Below, in pieces: positions 1 through 8,623 of a DNA stretch of 55,864 bases. The DNA comes from a virus. Lineage: Duplodnaviria > Caudoviricetes. A model generated the notes under the pieces. It saw nothing but the letters and a program-made list of their open reading frames with translations. It made no database searches and was not told where the DNA came from. Position 1 is the first letter of the stretch. Each line of letters opens with the position of its first letter. The translations under genes were made by a program, and so were the position numbers. The DNA lies in IMG/VR virus record IMGVR_UViG_3300018063_000005, positions 1 through 55,864 of that record; one strand, written 5' to 3'.

Positions 1-123
1 CAGTCCTGCCCCGGGAAGGCATGGCAGCTCGGGCACTCGATCTGCCCGGTCCGGCCGAACGCGCCGGCCTCCATCGCGTTGCGGCGCGCGAGATCCTTGC
101 GCCGGGCGTGGGTGCCTGCGACG
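1..123. repeat. Terminal direct repeat (copy 1), circular-assembly overlap
   Basis: 1-123 is identical to 55742-55864 and falls inside a gene that reads through the junction. Confidence 0.95.
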
Positions 124-230
124 ACGCCGGGGCCGCGGCACAGGACCCCCGCGAACACCTCGCAGTGGGGGCACCGGACCCCGAGCGGCGACGTCGGGTC
201 GAGCTTGGGTGCGGCCGCGCTACGAGCCAT
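1..230 (-). CDS. 5' part of tandem phage zinc-finger protein (continues at 55741-55567 across the circular junction)
   Basis: ATG at 230 is in frame with ORF 55567..55815; two CPxC..C..H repeats (VRCPHCEVFAGVLC...H, IECPSCHAFPGQDC...H). Confidence 0.75.
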   Translation of the reverse strand, partial: MARSAAAPKLDPTSPLGVRCPHCEVFAGVLCRGPGVVAGTHARRKDLARRNAMEAGAFGRTGQIECPSCHAFPGQD

Positions 231-720
231 GGGGCACCTCCGCCGTTCGGCCCGGGTGGCACGTCGGGCAGAACCCCTTGCGCGACGGGTCCAGCTTCGC
301 GCCGCAGTCGGTGCAGACCTCCTCCATCGCGAACATATCGCCGCTGTAGAACCGCACCGCCTTCTCGCCGAGCCACCGCTCGAGCTGCTTCATCGTCGCG
401 GGCGTCGTCTCGAGACACAGCGCGATGACGTTGAGGAGGTGCAGCACGTGGAACTGCTCGGCGATCGTGAGGCTCCGGCACTCGCCTTCCGCGTCGATGC
501 CGGTGACGACGAACGGCCCGGCGACGTAGGTCCTCGGCCCGAGCTGCCGGTTCCACGGGAGGCCGATGAGGAGACCCTCGTCGTGGACGAACGCCACGAT
601 GCCGGGGGCGAGCTTCAGCTCCTCGATGAAGCCGCCGACCGCGGCCTGGAGCGAGGGCAGGTCGCCGGCGATCTCGACCGTCCGGGCGGCCTCGCCCGGC
701 TTGCAGAGGACGGCGATCAT
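220..720 (-). CDS. DUF3846-like phage protein with C-terminal Zn ribbon
   Basis: LPSLQAAVGGFIE...DEGLLIGLPWNR...AGPFVV pattern; C-terminal CxxC...CxxC; overlaps neighbours. Confidence 0.7.
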   Translation of the reverse strand: MIAVLCKPGEAARTVEIAGDLPSLQAAVGGFIEELKLAPGIVAFVHDEGLLIGLPWNRQLGPRTYVAGPFVVTGIDAEGECRSLTIAEQFHVLHLLNVIALCLETTPATMKQLERWLGEKAVRFYSGDMFAMEEVCTDCGAKLDPSRKGFCPTCHPGRTAEVPHGS

Positions 721-2027
721 CGGACGGCCTCCGGCGCCGGCGCCGCCGCGCCCACCACCTCGCCCTCCTCGATCACGAACCCGTCGCCCTCGGTCGAGAC
801 CGTCTCGAGCCAGACCTGGAGGTCCGCCCGCTCCGCCTCCGCCCGGAGCAGCTCGAGCGAGCCCGCGTCGAGCAGCGAGCCGTCACGGACCAGCGTCGCC
901 CGCAGCTTCGGGTTCAGCGCCGCGCCCATCGCGACGCTCACGCGGATCTGCTCGGCCTGCGACGCCTGCTCGAGCAGGCACCCGCCGAACCGCACGCCGG
1001 CCTCGTCGAAGGCGAGCCCCTCGATCGGCAGCTTCGCCCCCTGCAGCGCCTCCGCCTTCTGCTCGTCGATGCCGGCGATCGCGTCGTCGAGCTTCTTCGC
1101 CTCCGCCTCGGCCGCCGCGAGCTCGCCGGCGAGGCCGGCCCGCATCTGCCGTACGCGGACGCGGTCGTTCACCGCCTCCAGCTCGCGCAGCTTCCGCGGG
1201 AGCTCCTCCAGGTCCGGGTCGACGAGCTGCTCGACCGAGGCCTTCAGCGCCACGCCGGCGGCGCGGGCGTCTTCGAGCTGCTGCTCCGCGACCTGATGGG
1301 CCTCCACCGCGGCGTCGAGAGCCAGGCGCGCGCGCGTCATCGCGGCCGCGGCTGCTTCCATCTCGCCCTTCCGCCGCGCGAACACGTCCTTCGCGCGCTG
1401 CAGGTCGGAGCGCTTCAGGTTGTTGGCCGTGAGCTGCTCGGACCGCCGCTGGTGCTCGGCGAGCAGGTCCGCCGAGCTCTGCAGCGCGTCAGGCGCCTCG
1501 ACCGCCGGCGCCGCCGCGAGCCGGGCCCGGAGCTGCGCCACCTGCCGGTGCACGACGGTCCGCGCGTCGTAGGCCTCCTGCCGCTTCGAGTCGAGCAGGG
1601 AGAAGTCGACGCCCGCGAGCTTCCGCAGGGTCTCCGCCTGCTCCTTCGGCGCGAGCCGGAGGAAGGCGAGGGGGTCGAAGGAGAGCCGGCCGATCAGGTC
1701 GTCCAGGCGGCCCTGGGGCTTCTTGTAGATGAGCCCCTCCTTGTTTGTGAGCTTCAGGCTCGAGCCGCCGGCGGCCGTCCACCGGCGCTCCACGATCGTT
1801 CCGTCGTCGAGCTCGACCCGGACGACCGCGCCGTCCGTGCCGCGCCGCACCGGCTCCTTCGGGGCGAGCTTCTCGCCGCCGAGCGCCGCGGCGATCGCGT
1901 CCAGACAACTGGACTTCCCCTGCCCGTTGCGGCCGCGGACCTGGATGACGGGCCGGCCGTCCGGCTCGATCGAGACGGCCTTCACCCGCTTGAAGTTGCT
2001 GATCTCGAGCTTCGTGATCCGGCTCAT
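717..2027 (-). CDS. SMC/RecN-like AAA ATPase of the phage recombination module
   Basis: N-terminal LEISNFKRVK, Walker A GRNGQGKS, long coiled coil, C-terminal ASQAEQ and LVRDGSLLD motifs. Confidence 0.85.
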   Translation of the reverse strand: MSRITKLEISNFKRVKAVSIEPDGRPVIQVRGRNGQGKSSCLDAIAAALGGEKLAPKEPVRRGTDGAVVRVELDDGTIVERRWTAAGGSSLKLTNKEGLIYKKPQGRLDDLIGRLSFDPLAFLRLAPKEQAETLRKLAGVDFSLLDSKRQEAYDARTVVHRQVAQLRARLAAAPAVEAPDALQSSADLLAEHQRRSEQLTANNLKRSDLQRAKDVFARRKGEMEAAAAAMTRARLALDAAVEAHQVAEQQLEDARAAGVALKASVEQLVDPDLEELPRKLRELEAVNDRVRVRQMRAGLAGELAAAEAEAKKLDDAIAGIDEQKAEALQGAKLPIEGLAFDEAGVRFGGCLLEQASQAEQIRVSVAMGAALNPKLRATLVRDGSLLDAGSLELLRAEAERADLQVWLETVSTEGDGFVIEEGEVVGAAAPAPEAVR

Positions 2028-2043
2028 GGTGGTCCTCGGGCCC

Positions 2044-3105
2044 CTACTTGAAGTCTTCGTTGGCCGGCGGGGGCGGGGGCGTCGCGCCCTTCGCCTTCGT
2101 GTCGCGGGCGGTCTGCTTCTCGCGCGCGATCCGGAGCTGCTCCTCCTCGGCCGTCTCGAAGTTGACGTCGTCGGCGGGCTCCTGCTTCTCGCCGGCGGGG
2201 CTCGGCGCCGGCGGGCCGCCCTTCGTCTCGCCGCCGGTCAGCGCGCGCTCCACCTCGTCAGCCGTGTCGGCGCCGGCGTCGGTGGGCACGCCCAGGTCGA
2301 GCTCGATCGGCGCGGTGCTCTGGACGGAGCGGCCGGCCTCGTGGATGTCGGTTTCCTCCTGCAGCCGCTCCTGCAGGCGGCGAGCGGCCTCGCTCTTCCC
2401 GGCGGGGAGCAGGTTCCAGAGCTTCCGGAGGCAGCTTTTCACCGCCATCGCGTCGAAGTCGCTGACCCAGGGCCCGATGATCTTCTCCTGGCGGGTCCTC
2501 GGGGCGCGCTTGTCGCGGAAGGCCTCGGCATCCCGCTTCGACATCGCGGCGATCTGGACCTCGCCGCCCTCGAGCCGCGCGGCCGCGAAGTAGCCGATCA
2601 CCTCGCCGCGGTCCGCGAACACGCCGCCGTCGCCGCCGGGCTCGAACTCGAACTTGGTGATCGACCCACCGCTCGCGTCGAAGCGGAGCTCGAAGCGATC
2701 GTTCTTCCGGACCTCCGTCGCGACGATCGACGACACGAGGCCCGTCTCGCGCGCCTTCTGGATCTGGGCTCGGTAGTCCATGAGGTAGGTGCACTCGAGC
2801 GCGGAGAGCTTGCTGTTCCACCGGGGGACGAGCCACATCCGGCGCTGCGGGAGGGCGCTATCCGGCTCGAGCTCGAGCTCCGCGCACCGCATGAGCGCGA
2901 CGAGCATCGACGCCGGCGTGCACTTCACGAGCTCGGGCTGCCGCGCGAGCGCGCCCTGGGCGAGCTTCACGAGCCGCTCGGGCGAGAAGTGCTTGCCGGC
3001 GACGAGCGCGAACGCCTCCTTGCGCGACTCGATGAGCTTCGCGAGCTGCTTGGTCTTCTCGGTGCCCTCGCGCTTCGCGAGCCCCGTTTCGTTCTCGTTG
3101 GCCAT
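2044..3105 (-). CDS. recT: RecT-family single-strand annealing protein
   Basis: KCTPASMLVALMRCAELELEP...DYR...GPWVSDFDAMAVKSCLRKL are RecT motifs; true start MANENE at 3105; adjacent to YqaJ. Confidence 0.9.
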   Translation of the reverse strand: MANENETGLAKREGTEKTKQLAKLIESRKEAFALVAGKHFSPERLVKLAQGALARQPELVKCTPASMLVALMRCAELELEPDSALPQRRMWLVPRWNSKLSALECTYLMDYRAQIQKARETGLVSSIVATEVRKNDRFELRFDASGGSITKFEFEPGGDGGVFADRGEVIGYFAAARLEGGEVQIAAMSKRDAEAFRDKRAPRTRQEKIIGPWVSDFDAMAVKSCLRKLWNLLPAGKSEAARRLQERLQEETDIHEAGRSVQSTAPIELDLGVPTDAGADTADEVERALTGGETKGGPPAPSPAGEKQEPADDVNFETAEEEQLRIAREKQTARDTKAKGATPPPPPANEDFK

Positions 3106-3107
3106 GG

Positions 3108-4208
3108 CTATTCCTCGCGGGCGAGCAGCTTGCGCGCGCCCTTCCTGGTGGTGACCTGACGGCTGAACTGGGTGATGTCCGCCGCGTCGACCTCGAACCC
3201 GTGCCGCTCCGCGTACAGCCGGAAGAGGCCCTCCCAGTCCGTCACGAACGCGATGCTGTCCTTGTCCTTCTTCCACGTGATCTTGGTGGCGCCGGCGAGG
3301 ATCCCCGTCGCGTCGCCGATGGCGAGCTGCACATGGATCTTCCACTTCTCCTCTTCGGCGAGCCACGCCTCGCGGCTCTTCTTCGACTCGAGCCACTTCG
3401 CGATCGCCTCGGCCTGCTCCTCGTTCGCGAGGACGAACGTCTCGTTCTTCGGCTCGGGATGCTGCAGCTTCAGCCACGCGCGCGCGCGGTCGGAAGGCTC
3501 GATCGGCGGGAGCTCGTTGCCCACCACGTAGCGGTGCCAGACCTCCTCGGAGCGCTCGCGCAGCGCGGCGATGACCTTCTCGTTCGCCTCGAGCTCGTAC
3601 CAGCGCAGCTTCGAGAGCCCGAACTGCGCCACGAGGTCCCACGCCGGGTAGCGTAGGACGCCCATGTAGTGCTGACACTGAACGTAGTAGTCCCTCGGCA
3701 CGCGCAGCGGCGCGCCGGGCTCGCTCCACTGCTCGCGCTTCCACTCGACCGTCTTGACCTCGACGCCCTTGCGGCGGCCCACGACCAGGCGGTCGGGGTG
3801 GCCGGCGAGGAACGGCCGGTCGGCGTCTCGCGCGAACGCGCCGAGCTCGAGCTTCTGCCCGGTGCGCCTCGAGTACTCCTGCGCGATCGGGTCCTCGAAG
3901 AGGTTCCCGAACCGCATGCGCTCGGTCGCGCGGAAGACGGGGAGCATGCCCTTCTTCTCGGCCACCACGTCCCAGAGGTTGCGGTAGGTCGAGAAGCCGG
4001 CGATCGCGGCCGCGTCGGTGCCGCCGATCGACGTGCGCCGCTCCTCGTCGAACTTGGCCTCCTCCGGCGTGAGCTCCACCTCCGCCTCGACGGGCGCGCC
4101 GCGGAACGCCGCGGGGAGCGCCAGGAGCTCGAGCAGCTCCTCGTCGGAGTGGGCCTCGGGGGTCGCCGCGCCGGCGCCGAGGACCTCGGTGGTGGTCGTC
4201 TGCTCCAT
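3108..4208 (-). CDS. YqaJ-like viral recombinase / lambda-exonuclease family
   Basis: RRTSIGGTDAAAI, GNLFE, GHPDR, VEVKT, YYVQCQHYM motifs; start MEQTTT at 4208. Confidence 0.92.
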   Translation of the reverse strand: MEQTTTTEVLGAGAATPEAHSDEELLELLALPAAFRGAPVEAEVELTPEEAKFDEERRTSIGGTDAAAIAGFSTYRNLWDVVAEKKGMLPVFRATERMRFGNLFEDPIAQEYSRRTGQKLELGAFARDADRPFLAGHPDRLVVGRRKGVEVKTVEWKREQWSEPGAPLRVPRDYYVQCQHYMGVLRYPAWDLVAQFGLSKLRWYELEANEKVIAALRERSEEVWHRYVVGNELPPIEPSDRARAWLKLQHPEPKNETFVLANEEQAEAIAKWLESKKSREAWLAEEEKWKIHVQLAIGDATGILAGATKITWKKDKDSIAFVTDWEGLFRLYAERHGFEVDAADITQFSRQVTTRKGARKLLAREE

Positions 4209-4216
4209 CGCAGGCC

Positions 4217-4423
4217 TCAGGCGAGCAGCGCGACGGGGGCGACGCCGAGCGCCTTGCCGAGCAGCTCGAGCGTGTCGAGCGGCGGCGAGCGCTGCGCGCG
4301 CTCGAGCATCGAGATGTACGAGACGGAGAGGCCCGCCTTCGCGGCGAGCGCCTCCTGCGTCAGCTTCTTCGCGCCGCGGGTGCGGAGCAGGTTCTCGGAG
4401 AACTTCTCGGACAGCGTCGCCAT
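4217..4423 (-). CDS. XRE-family HTH regulator
   Basis: LTQEALAAKAGLSVSYISMLERAQRSP; AGGAG RBS. Confidence 0.9.
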   Translation of the reverse strand: MATLSEKFSENLLRTRGAKKLTQEALAAKAGLSVSYISMLERAQRSPPLDTLELLGKALGVAPVALLA

Positions 4424-4456
4424 AGGGTTGGCTCCTGTTTGAACTGCGGGGTGGTG

Positions 4457-5497
4457 CTACGAGGGCAGCCGCTCTCGCCGGAGCAGCTCCATGTAGGCGG
4501 TGCTGATCCAGCGCCAGAAGGCCGCCGGGTGATCGGAATGGGGAAGACCGCACTCGCCAAAGGCGACGTGTCCGAGCTCGTGGAGGAGCGCGGTGTCGAG
4601 CGCGTCCTCGCCCTCGAGAACGACCACCCAGACGTGCGCGCCATCGTCCTCGAGCCACGTGCAGCCGTTCGCCGGCAGGTCGGGGTACGACCCGCAGATG
4701 GCCGGCTGCTCGACGAACGAGAGCCAGCCGCCCCAGCGTTCGACGGGGCACGGGGCCATGTCGCGGCCGACGTCGAGGGCGAGGTCGGTGTGCGGCGGCG
4801 GCGTCCCCTGGATCGTCCACTCCGTCGGCGCGTCCGGGCCGCACCCGGAGAGCGCCGCCGCGAGCAGGATCGGGAGGAGGAGAGAGCTGGCGGCCCGGGG
4901 CTGGGACACCCGAGCCGCCTCCTCGTGCGCCGGCCCACCCGGCGCAGAGGACGAAGGGGAGGAGGGCGCGCCGCGCGCGGCGCAGGCGTTCCCGATCACC
5001 GCGCCCGCGGCGACCGGCTCGGAGCCGCACTCGGGGCAGGGGAGCTTCGCGAGCGCCTCCTGGAGGACGTCGCCGAGGCGGCGTGGCCCGGGCGCGGGAG
5101 CGGCGAGCATCGCGGCGATCCTGCGGTGGTGGTCGCGCTCGTACCGCCACAGCCGCCGCGCGCTGTCCTGGCCGCGGATGGCGAACTCGACGAGGGCCTC
5201 GCGGCGGGCCGCGCGGGCGAGGGCCTCGCTCGCCGCGATGATCGTGCGCTTGCCGCGGGACTGGCGGATGTTCTGGCGCTGGCCGAGTTGCCACTCGATG
5301 AACATCCACCGGCAGACGGCGGCCGTGAGCGCGACGGACGCCGTTCGGCGCGTGCCACGCGCCTTCTGGAGGCGGCGCTCCTGCTCGCGCTCGCGGCGGT
5401 CCGCGCGGATCGCGGCGCGCCCGGCGGCGCCGGCGGAGCAGCCGCAGGGGTGGTCAGCGAGGCGGCCGGTGTCGCCGCAGCGGGGGCACGAGGCCAT
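4457..5497 (-). CDS. Zn-finger protein fused in frame to a lipoprotein HExxH metallopeptidase (internal start at 4909)
   Basis: N-terminal CPRC and CPEC; internal GAGGAGG plus GTG at 4909, lipobox LLAAALSG-C, LLHELGH motif. Confidence 0.6.
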   Translation of the reverse strand: MASCPRCGDTGRLADHPCGCSAGAAGRAAIRADRREREQERRLQKARGTRRTASVALTAAVCRWMFIEWQLGQRQNIRQSRGKRTIIAASEALARAARREALVEFAIRGQDSARRLWRYERDHHRRIAAMLAAPAPGPRRLGDVLQEALAKLPCPECGSEPVAAGAVIGNACAARGAPSSPSSSAPGGPAHEEAARVSQPRAASSLLLPILLAAALSGCGPDAPTEWTIQGTPPPHTDLALDVGRDMAPCPVERWGGWLSFVEQPAICGSYPDLPANGCTWLEDDGAHVWVVVLEGEDALDTALLHELGHVAFGECGLPHSDHPAAFWRWISTAYMELLRRERLPS

Positions 5498-5499
5498 AA

Positions 5500-5775
5500 T
5501 CAGCGGCCCTCCGCCTTCGCGAGGATGAGATGCGCGGCGCGGGTCGTCACGCACCGTGCGCAGTCGCAGGTCAGCGCGCCGTCGTGCGCGCCCTCGGCCC
5601 AAGGGATGAGCTCGCGCACGATCTCGGCGAGCTCCGGCGCCGTGACGATGAGGTGGACCACCGCGAGCGGCTTGCTGGTGACGTGGACGATGACCTGGTC
5701 ATCCTGGTCCATGACCGTGAAGCTGCTCGGGTCGGTGCGGAACGGCTCGGCGCGCCACTTCGTCGCGGCGGTCAC
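5500..5775 (-). CDS. hypothetical phage early protein
   Basis: GC3-biased ORF, start/stop-coupled to neighbours, HLIVTAPEL motif. Confidence 0.65.
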   Translation of the reverse strand: MTAATKWRAEPFRTDPSSFTVMDQDDQVIVHVTSKPLAVVHLIVTAPELAEIVRELIPWAEGAHDGALTCDCARCVTTRAAHLILAKAEGR

Positions 5776-6080
5776 GACCGCACCTCGTCCGCGTCGTCGC
5801 GGTCATAGTCGGGCTCGTCGTCCTCGAGTTCGGTGACCGCCGCGTCCTCGAGCCGCGCGATGTCGCGCTCCGCCGCCTCGACCAGGTCCGGCCGCTCGGC
5901 GCCGCCCGGCGCGTCCTCGCGCACCGAGACGACCTCGAGCTCCGGGCCCTCGGCCGGCTCGCCCGGACCCGCCATGCTCGGCGGCACGCCCTTGCTGCCC
6001 GGGGTCACGTCGAGAGCGACGCGGAAGTCCTCGTCGTTGTGCTGCCAGCCGACCGTCACCCGCTTCCCGAGCGCGCTCAC
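5772..6080 (-). CDS. hypothetical acidic protein
   Basis: coupled GTGA overlaps, codon bias. Confidence 0.65.
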   Translation of the reverse strand: MSALGKRVTVGWQHNDEDFRVALDVTPGSKGVPPSMAGPGEPAEGPELEVVSVREDAPGGAERPDLVEAAERDIARLEDAAVTELEDDEPDYDRDDADEVRS

Positions 6081-6292
6081 GGGAGCCTCGCAACGGTGGC
6101 GCGCATCGCATCGACCGCCCGCTTCATCCGCTCGTAGACTTCGACCGCGCGCCGGGCGTCGCGCATCGCGGGGAGGTGCTCGGCGAGGAGGTTCCCTCCG
6201 CCGTCGCGCCGCCGGATCTCGACGAGGAGCGACAGGAGCGCCATCGCCAGCCCGTCGTGCAGCCCGTCCACCTTCTTCGTGACCATCGCCAT
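6077..6292 (-). CDS. hypothetical protein, first gene of the leftward early operon
   Basis: directly downstream of the PL-like promoter. Confidence 0.65.
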   Translation of the reverse strand: MAMVTKKVDGLHDGLAMALLSLLVEIRRRDGGGNLLAEHLPAMRDARRAVEVYERMKRAVDAMRATVARLP

Positions 6293-6325
6293 CGCGTCCC
6301 CCGTGCTCGCTTGCTCGACGGGCGC

Positions 6326-6362
6326 AACGTAGCTAACTGGCTACGCGTAGTCAAGCAGCTAC
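6326..6362 (-). promoter_or_regulatory. PL-like sigma70 promoter with two operators
   Basis: minus strand TTGACT(6354-6349)-17 bp-TACGTT(6331-6326); palindromes GTAGCTAACTGGCTAC 6329-6344 and GTAGTCAAGCAGCTAC 6347-6362. Confidence 0.8.
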
Positions 6363-6490
6363 CTGCGAGATACACGAAGGCTCTGACGGGCCCTCTCGGG
6401 CGCGCCCGCGTTTCGCTTGTGGAGCTAGGGGGTTACTCCGCGTCCGGTGACCCGGAGCGGCTCGGCCTCGTCTCTAGGCGCGGCGGTTCG

Positions 6491-6796
6491 TCAGCAGATG
6501 CCGCCGGAGACGTACTCGCTCTCGAGCACCCAGGTGCTCCCGGTCCACCGGAACCCGAGCGACACGTACGAGCTCGGCTCGCCCTTGTACGTGGCGCAGA
6601 GCCAGACGCAGTCGAACGTCTGGTAGCCACCATAGGTGAACGAGGTCGTGTCATCTGCGTTCGGGCACCGGATCGTGTCCCCGTCTACGCTCCAGGTCAC
6701 GACCTCCTGCGGCGGATCCTCGGCCTCCCGGGCCCCACCGCAGGAGACGCCTGTGCCAGCGAGGACGCCGACGAGCAGCAATGCGAGCCGGTTCAT
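6491..6796 (-). CDS. small lipoprotein downstream of the repressor (candidate superinfection exclusion)
   Basis: MNRLALLLVGVLAGTGVS-C lipobox; GGAGGGGGAG RBS; extra Cys residues. Confidence 0.7.
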   Translation of the reverse strand: MNRLALLLVGVLAGTGVSCGGAREAEDPPQEVVTWSVDGDTIRCPNADDTTSFTYGGYQTFDCVWLCATYKGEPSSYVSLGFRWTGSTWVLESEYVSGGIC

Positions 6797-6941
6797 GGTC
6801 TCCCCCTCCGTCGTTGAGCTCCGTCATCGACGGCACATCGGTGCGGCGGCGGGATAAGACAGCGCTCGTTACAGATGAAGCACCGCACCCGGATCACCGA
6901 GCCCGCCCCCGGCGGCTCCTCACTTCGCGTGGATGAGGTGG

Positions 6942-7340
6942 TTAGGCTCCGCCCCCCCCTGCCCCGTGCTTCCGGCGCTGGGCGGGCGAACCGGAAGCCG
7001 TACCAGGGACAACAGGGCTCCCACCGCCTCCACCACCAGGGCCGGGGAGATCGTTGGGCAGCTCCCCGTCGCGCGACGCCACGTAGGTGTACCAGCGGTC
7101 ATCGGTCCGCTCGTCGACGAGCGTGTCGAGGCTCACCCCGAAGACGCGGTGCATCCGGATCGCGAGGTCGAGCCCGATGTCCCGGAGGCCCTTGAGGTAC
7201 TTCGGCATCGTGTTCGGGGAGACGCCGAGCTTCTCGGCGAGCGCCTTGGCGGACCGGATCCCGCGCTGACGCTTTATGCGTCGCAAGTGGGCGGCAAGAT
7301 TCAGCCTTGCCCCTTTGTCGATGGCTTCGCGCGCCGACAC
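6942..7340 (-). CDS. cI: CI-like immunity repressor (XRE HTH, no S24 peptidase domain); start could be as far up as 7385
   Basis: SAKALAEKLGVSPNTMPKYLKG HTH; divergent from a Cro-like gene across operators. Confidence 0.75.
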   Translation of the reverse strand: MSAREAIDKGARLNLAAHLRRIKRQRGIRSAKALAEKLGVSPNTMPKYLKGLRDIGLDLAIRMHRVFGVSLDTLVDERTDDRWYTYVASRDGELPNDLPGPGGGGGGSPVVPGTASGSPAQRRKHGAGGGGA

Positions 7341-7365
7341 TGCGAGCGAAGCTACCCGCTGCTGG

Positions 7366-7418
7366 AGAGCCAGTGGGCTACTCACCGGCTTGACCTCGTA
7401 GCTAAGTGGCTACATAGT
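7366..7418 (+). promoter_or_regulatory. PR-like promoter with operators
   Basis: TTGACC(7390-7395)-17 bp-CATAGT(7413-7418); operator GTAGCTAAGTGGCTAC 7398-7413 and degenerate copy 7366-7381. Confidence 0.8.
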
Positions 7419-7426
7419 GCCCGCGC

Positions 7427-7675
7427 ATGGCTCTCCCGACGAAGCTGGCGCAGTACCTGACTGCCCACGACGAGACGAACGCAGCTTTCTCGCGCCGTTG
7501 CGGCATCCGGCGAGAGGTGCTCGGACACTACGTGAACGGTGACCGGCGGCCCGGCCTCGAAAACGCGGTCAGGATCGAGAAGGCGACCGGTGGCGAAGTG
7601 CCGCACACCTACTGGGTGACGTTCGTGCCGCGGAAGCCGCGGCGCCGGGCCGCATCCCTCCGCCGCTCCGCCTGA
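7427..7675 (+). CDS. cro: Cro-like HTH regulator
   Basis: small HTH, GDRRPGLENAVRIEKATGGEV motif of Cro/YdaS-like proteins. Confidence 0.8.
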   Translation: MALPTKLAQYLTAHDETNAAFSRRCGIRREVLGHYVNGDRRPGLENAVRIEKATGGEVPHTYWVTFVPRKPRRRAASLRRSA

Positions 7676-7687
7676 CCGGGTTTCCTC

Positions 7688-7915
7688 ATGGCTCGTAACG
7701 GAGCGGTGGATTACCCGGCGCGGTTCGCTCGCCGGCTGCGGTTGATGCGAGAGGCTCGCGGCCTGACGCTCGAGGTGGTCGCCTCGAGGGCCGACATGGG
7801 CCTCGGCGCCCTCTCGGAGATCGAGAACGGCAAGCGGTGGCGGCACCGCTTCATCGCGCTGGAGCGGCTGGCGAAGGCTCTCGGTGTGACCGTCAACGAA
7901 CTGCTGGACGCATGA
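7688..7915 (+). CDS. XRE-family HTH regulator
   Basis: LRLMREARGLTLEVVA...LSEIENG...LAKALGV. Confidence 0.85.
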   Translation: MARNGAVDYPARFARRLRLMREARGLTLEVVASRADMGLGALSEIENGKRWRHRFIALERLAKALGVTVNELLDA

Positions 7916-8010
7916 GGCTGGGATGCGATCTCGCATACGGACGAGCCTGCACGTAGACCGACCGTCAACGACACTCAACCGTCCGTGCTGCACGTTGCGG
8001 GGGGCGCTCC

Positions 8011-8475
8011 GTGGCTGACCAGACTGGGCTTTTCGACCCGCGGCAGCAGCCTCTCCGAGCGCGCGTGCGCACCGAGACCGAGCGCGAGGGGAGCGCGCTC
8101 GTCGACGCGCTGCTCGAGGACCTCGACTCGTCCGGCCTCATGGACGCCGAGATCTGCGAGCGCACGGGAACCGACCGCGGCCACCTTTCCCGGATCCGCG
8201 CGAAGCAGGCTCACCCCTCGGGCGCGCTCGTCGCGTTCGCGATCGACCACAGCCGCATCCGCCCGCCGCGCTACCTGACCGTCGCTTGCGGGATCGGGGA
8301 CCACGAGCCGAAGCCTCGCCCGCCGCCGTCCGTTGGCGCGGTGCTCGAGGCATACCGCGACGAGCTCGCAGCGTCCGGGCTCGACGAGCACTACCGCGAG
8401 CGCGTGGAGCGCCGGCTCGGCGTCGTCCTCGCGCCCGTGCCCGGCGAACCGGGGAAGGCGGGGGGCCTGCCGTGA
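8011..8475 (+). CDS. CII-position regulatory protein (HTH-like)
   Basis: position between cro and replication genes; DAEICERTGTDRGHLSRI helix-turn-helix. Confidence 0.55.
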   Translation: MADQTGLFDPRQQPLRARVRTETEREGSALVDALLEDLDSSGLMDAEICERTGTDRGHLSRIRAKQAHPSGALVAFAIDHSRIRPPRYLTVACGIGDHEPKPRPPPSVGAVLEAYRDELAASGLDEHYRERVERRLGVVLAPVPGEPGKAGGLP

Positions 8476-8623
8476 ACGGCCACCGCGTCCCCGATCACGC
8501 ACCGTCATCACCACCAGCTTCCCCGTCGTTCCAGGCGATGGGGGCGGAGCACCACGTCGGTCCGGTCCACCCCCCTCCCGGATCGGCGTGGGCTCCGCGT
8601 TGTCTCGACGGACGGAGGGCGCC

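Noticed and set aside
1-123. Biological terminal repeat of the virion DNA
   Set aside because: It lies mid-gene, far from terminase genes; best explained as circular assembly overlap
7950-7978. PRE-like leftward promoter TTGAGT-17-TACGTG
   Set aside because: The -10 lacks the conserved final T and no activator site can be assigned; too weak to call
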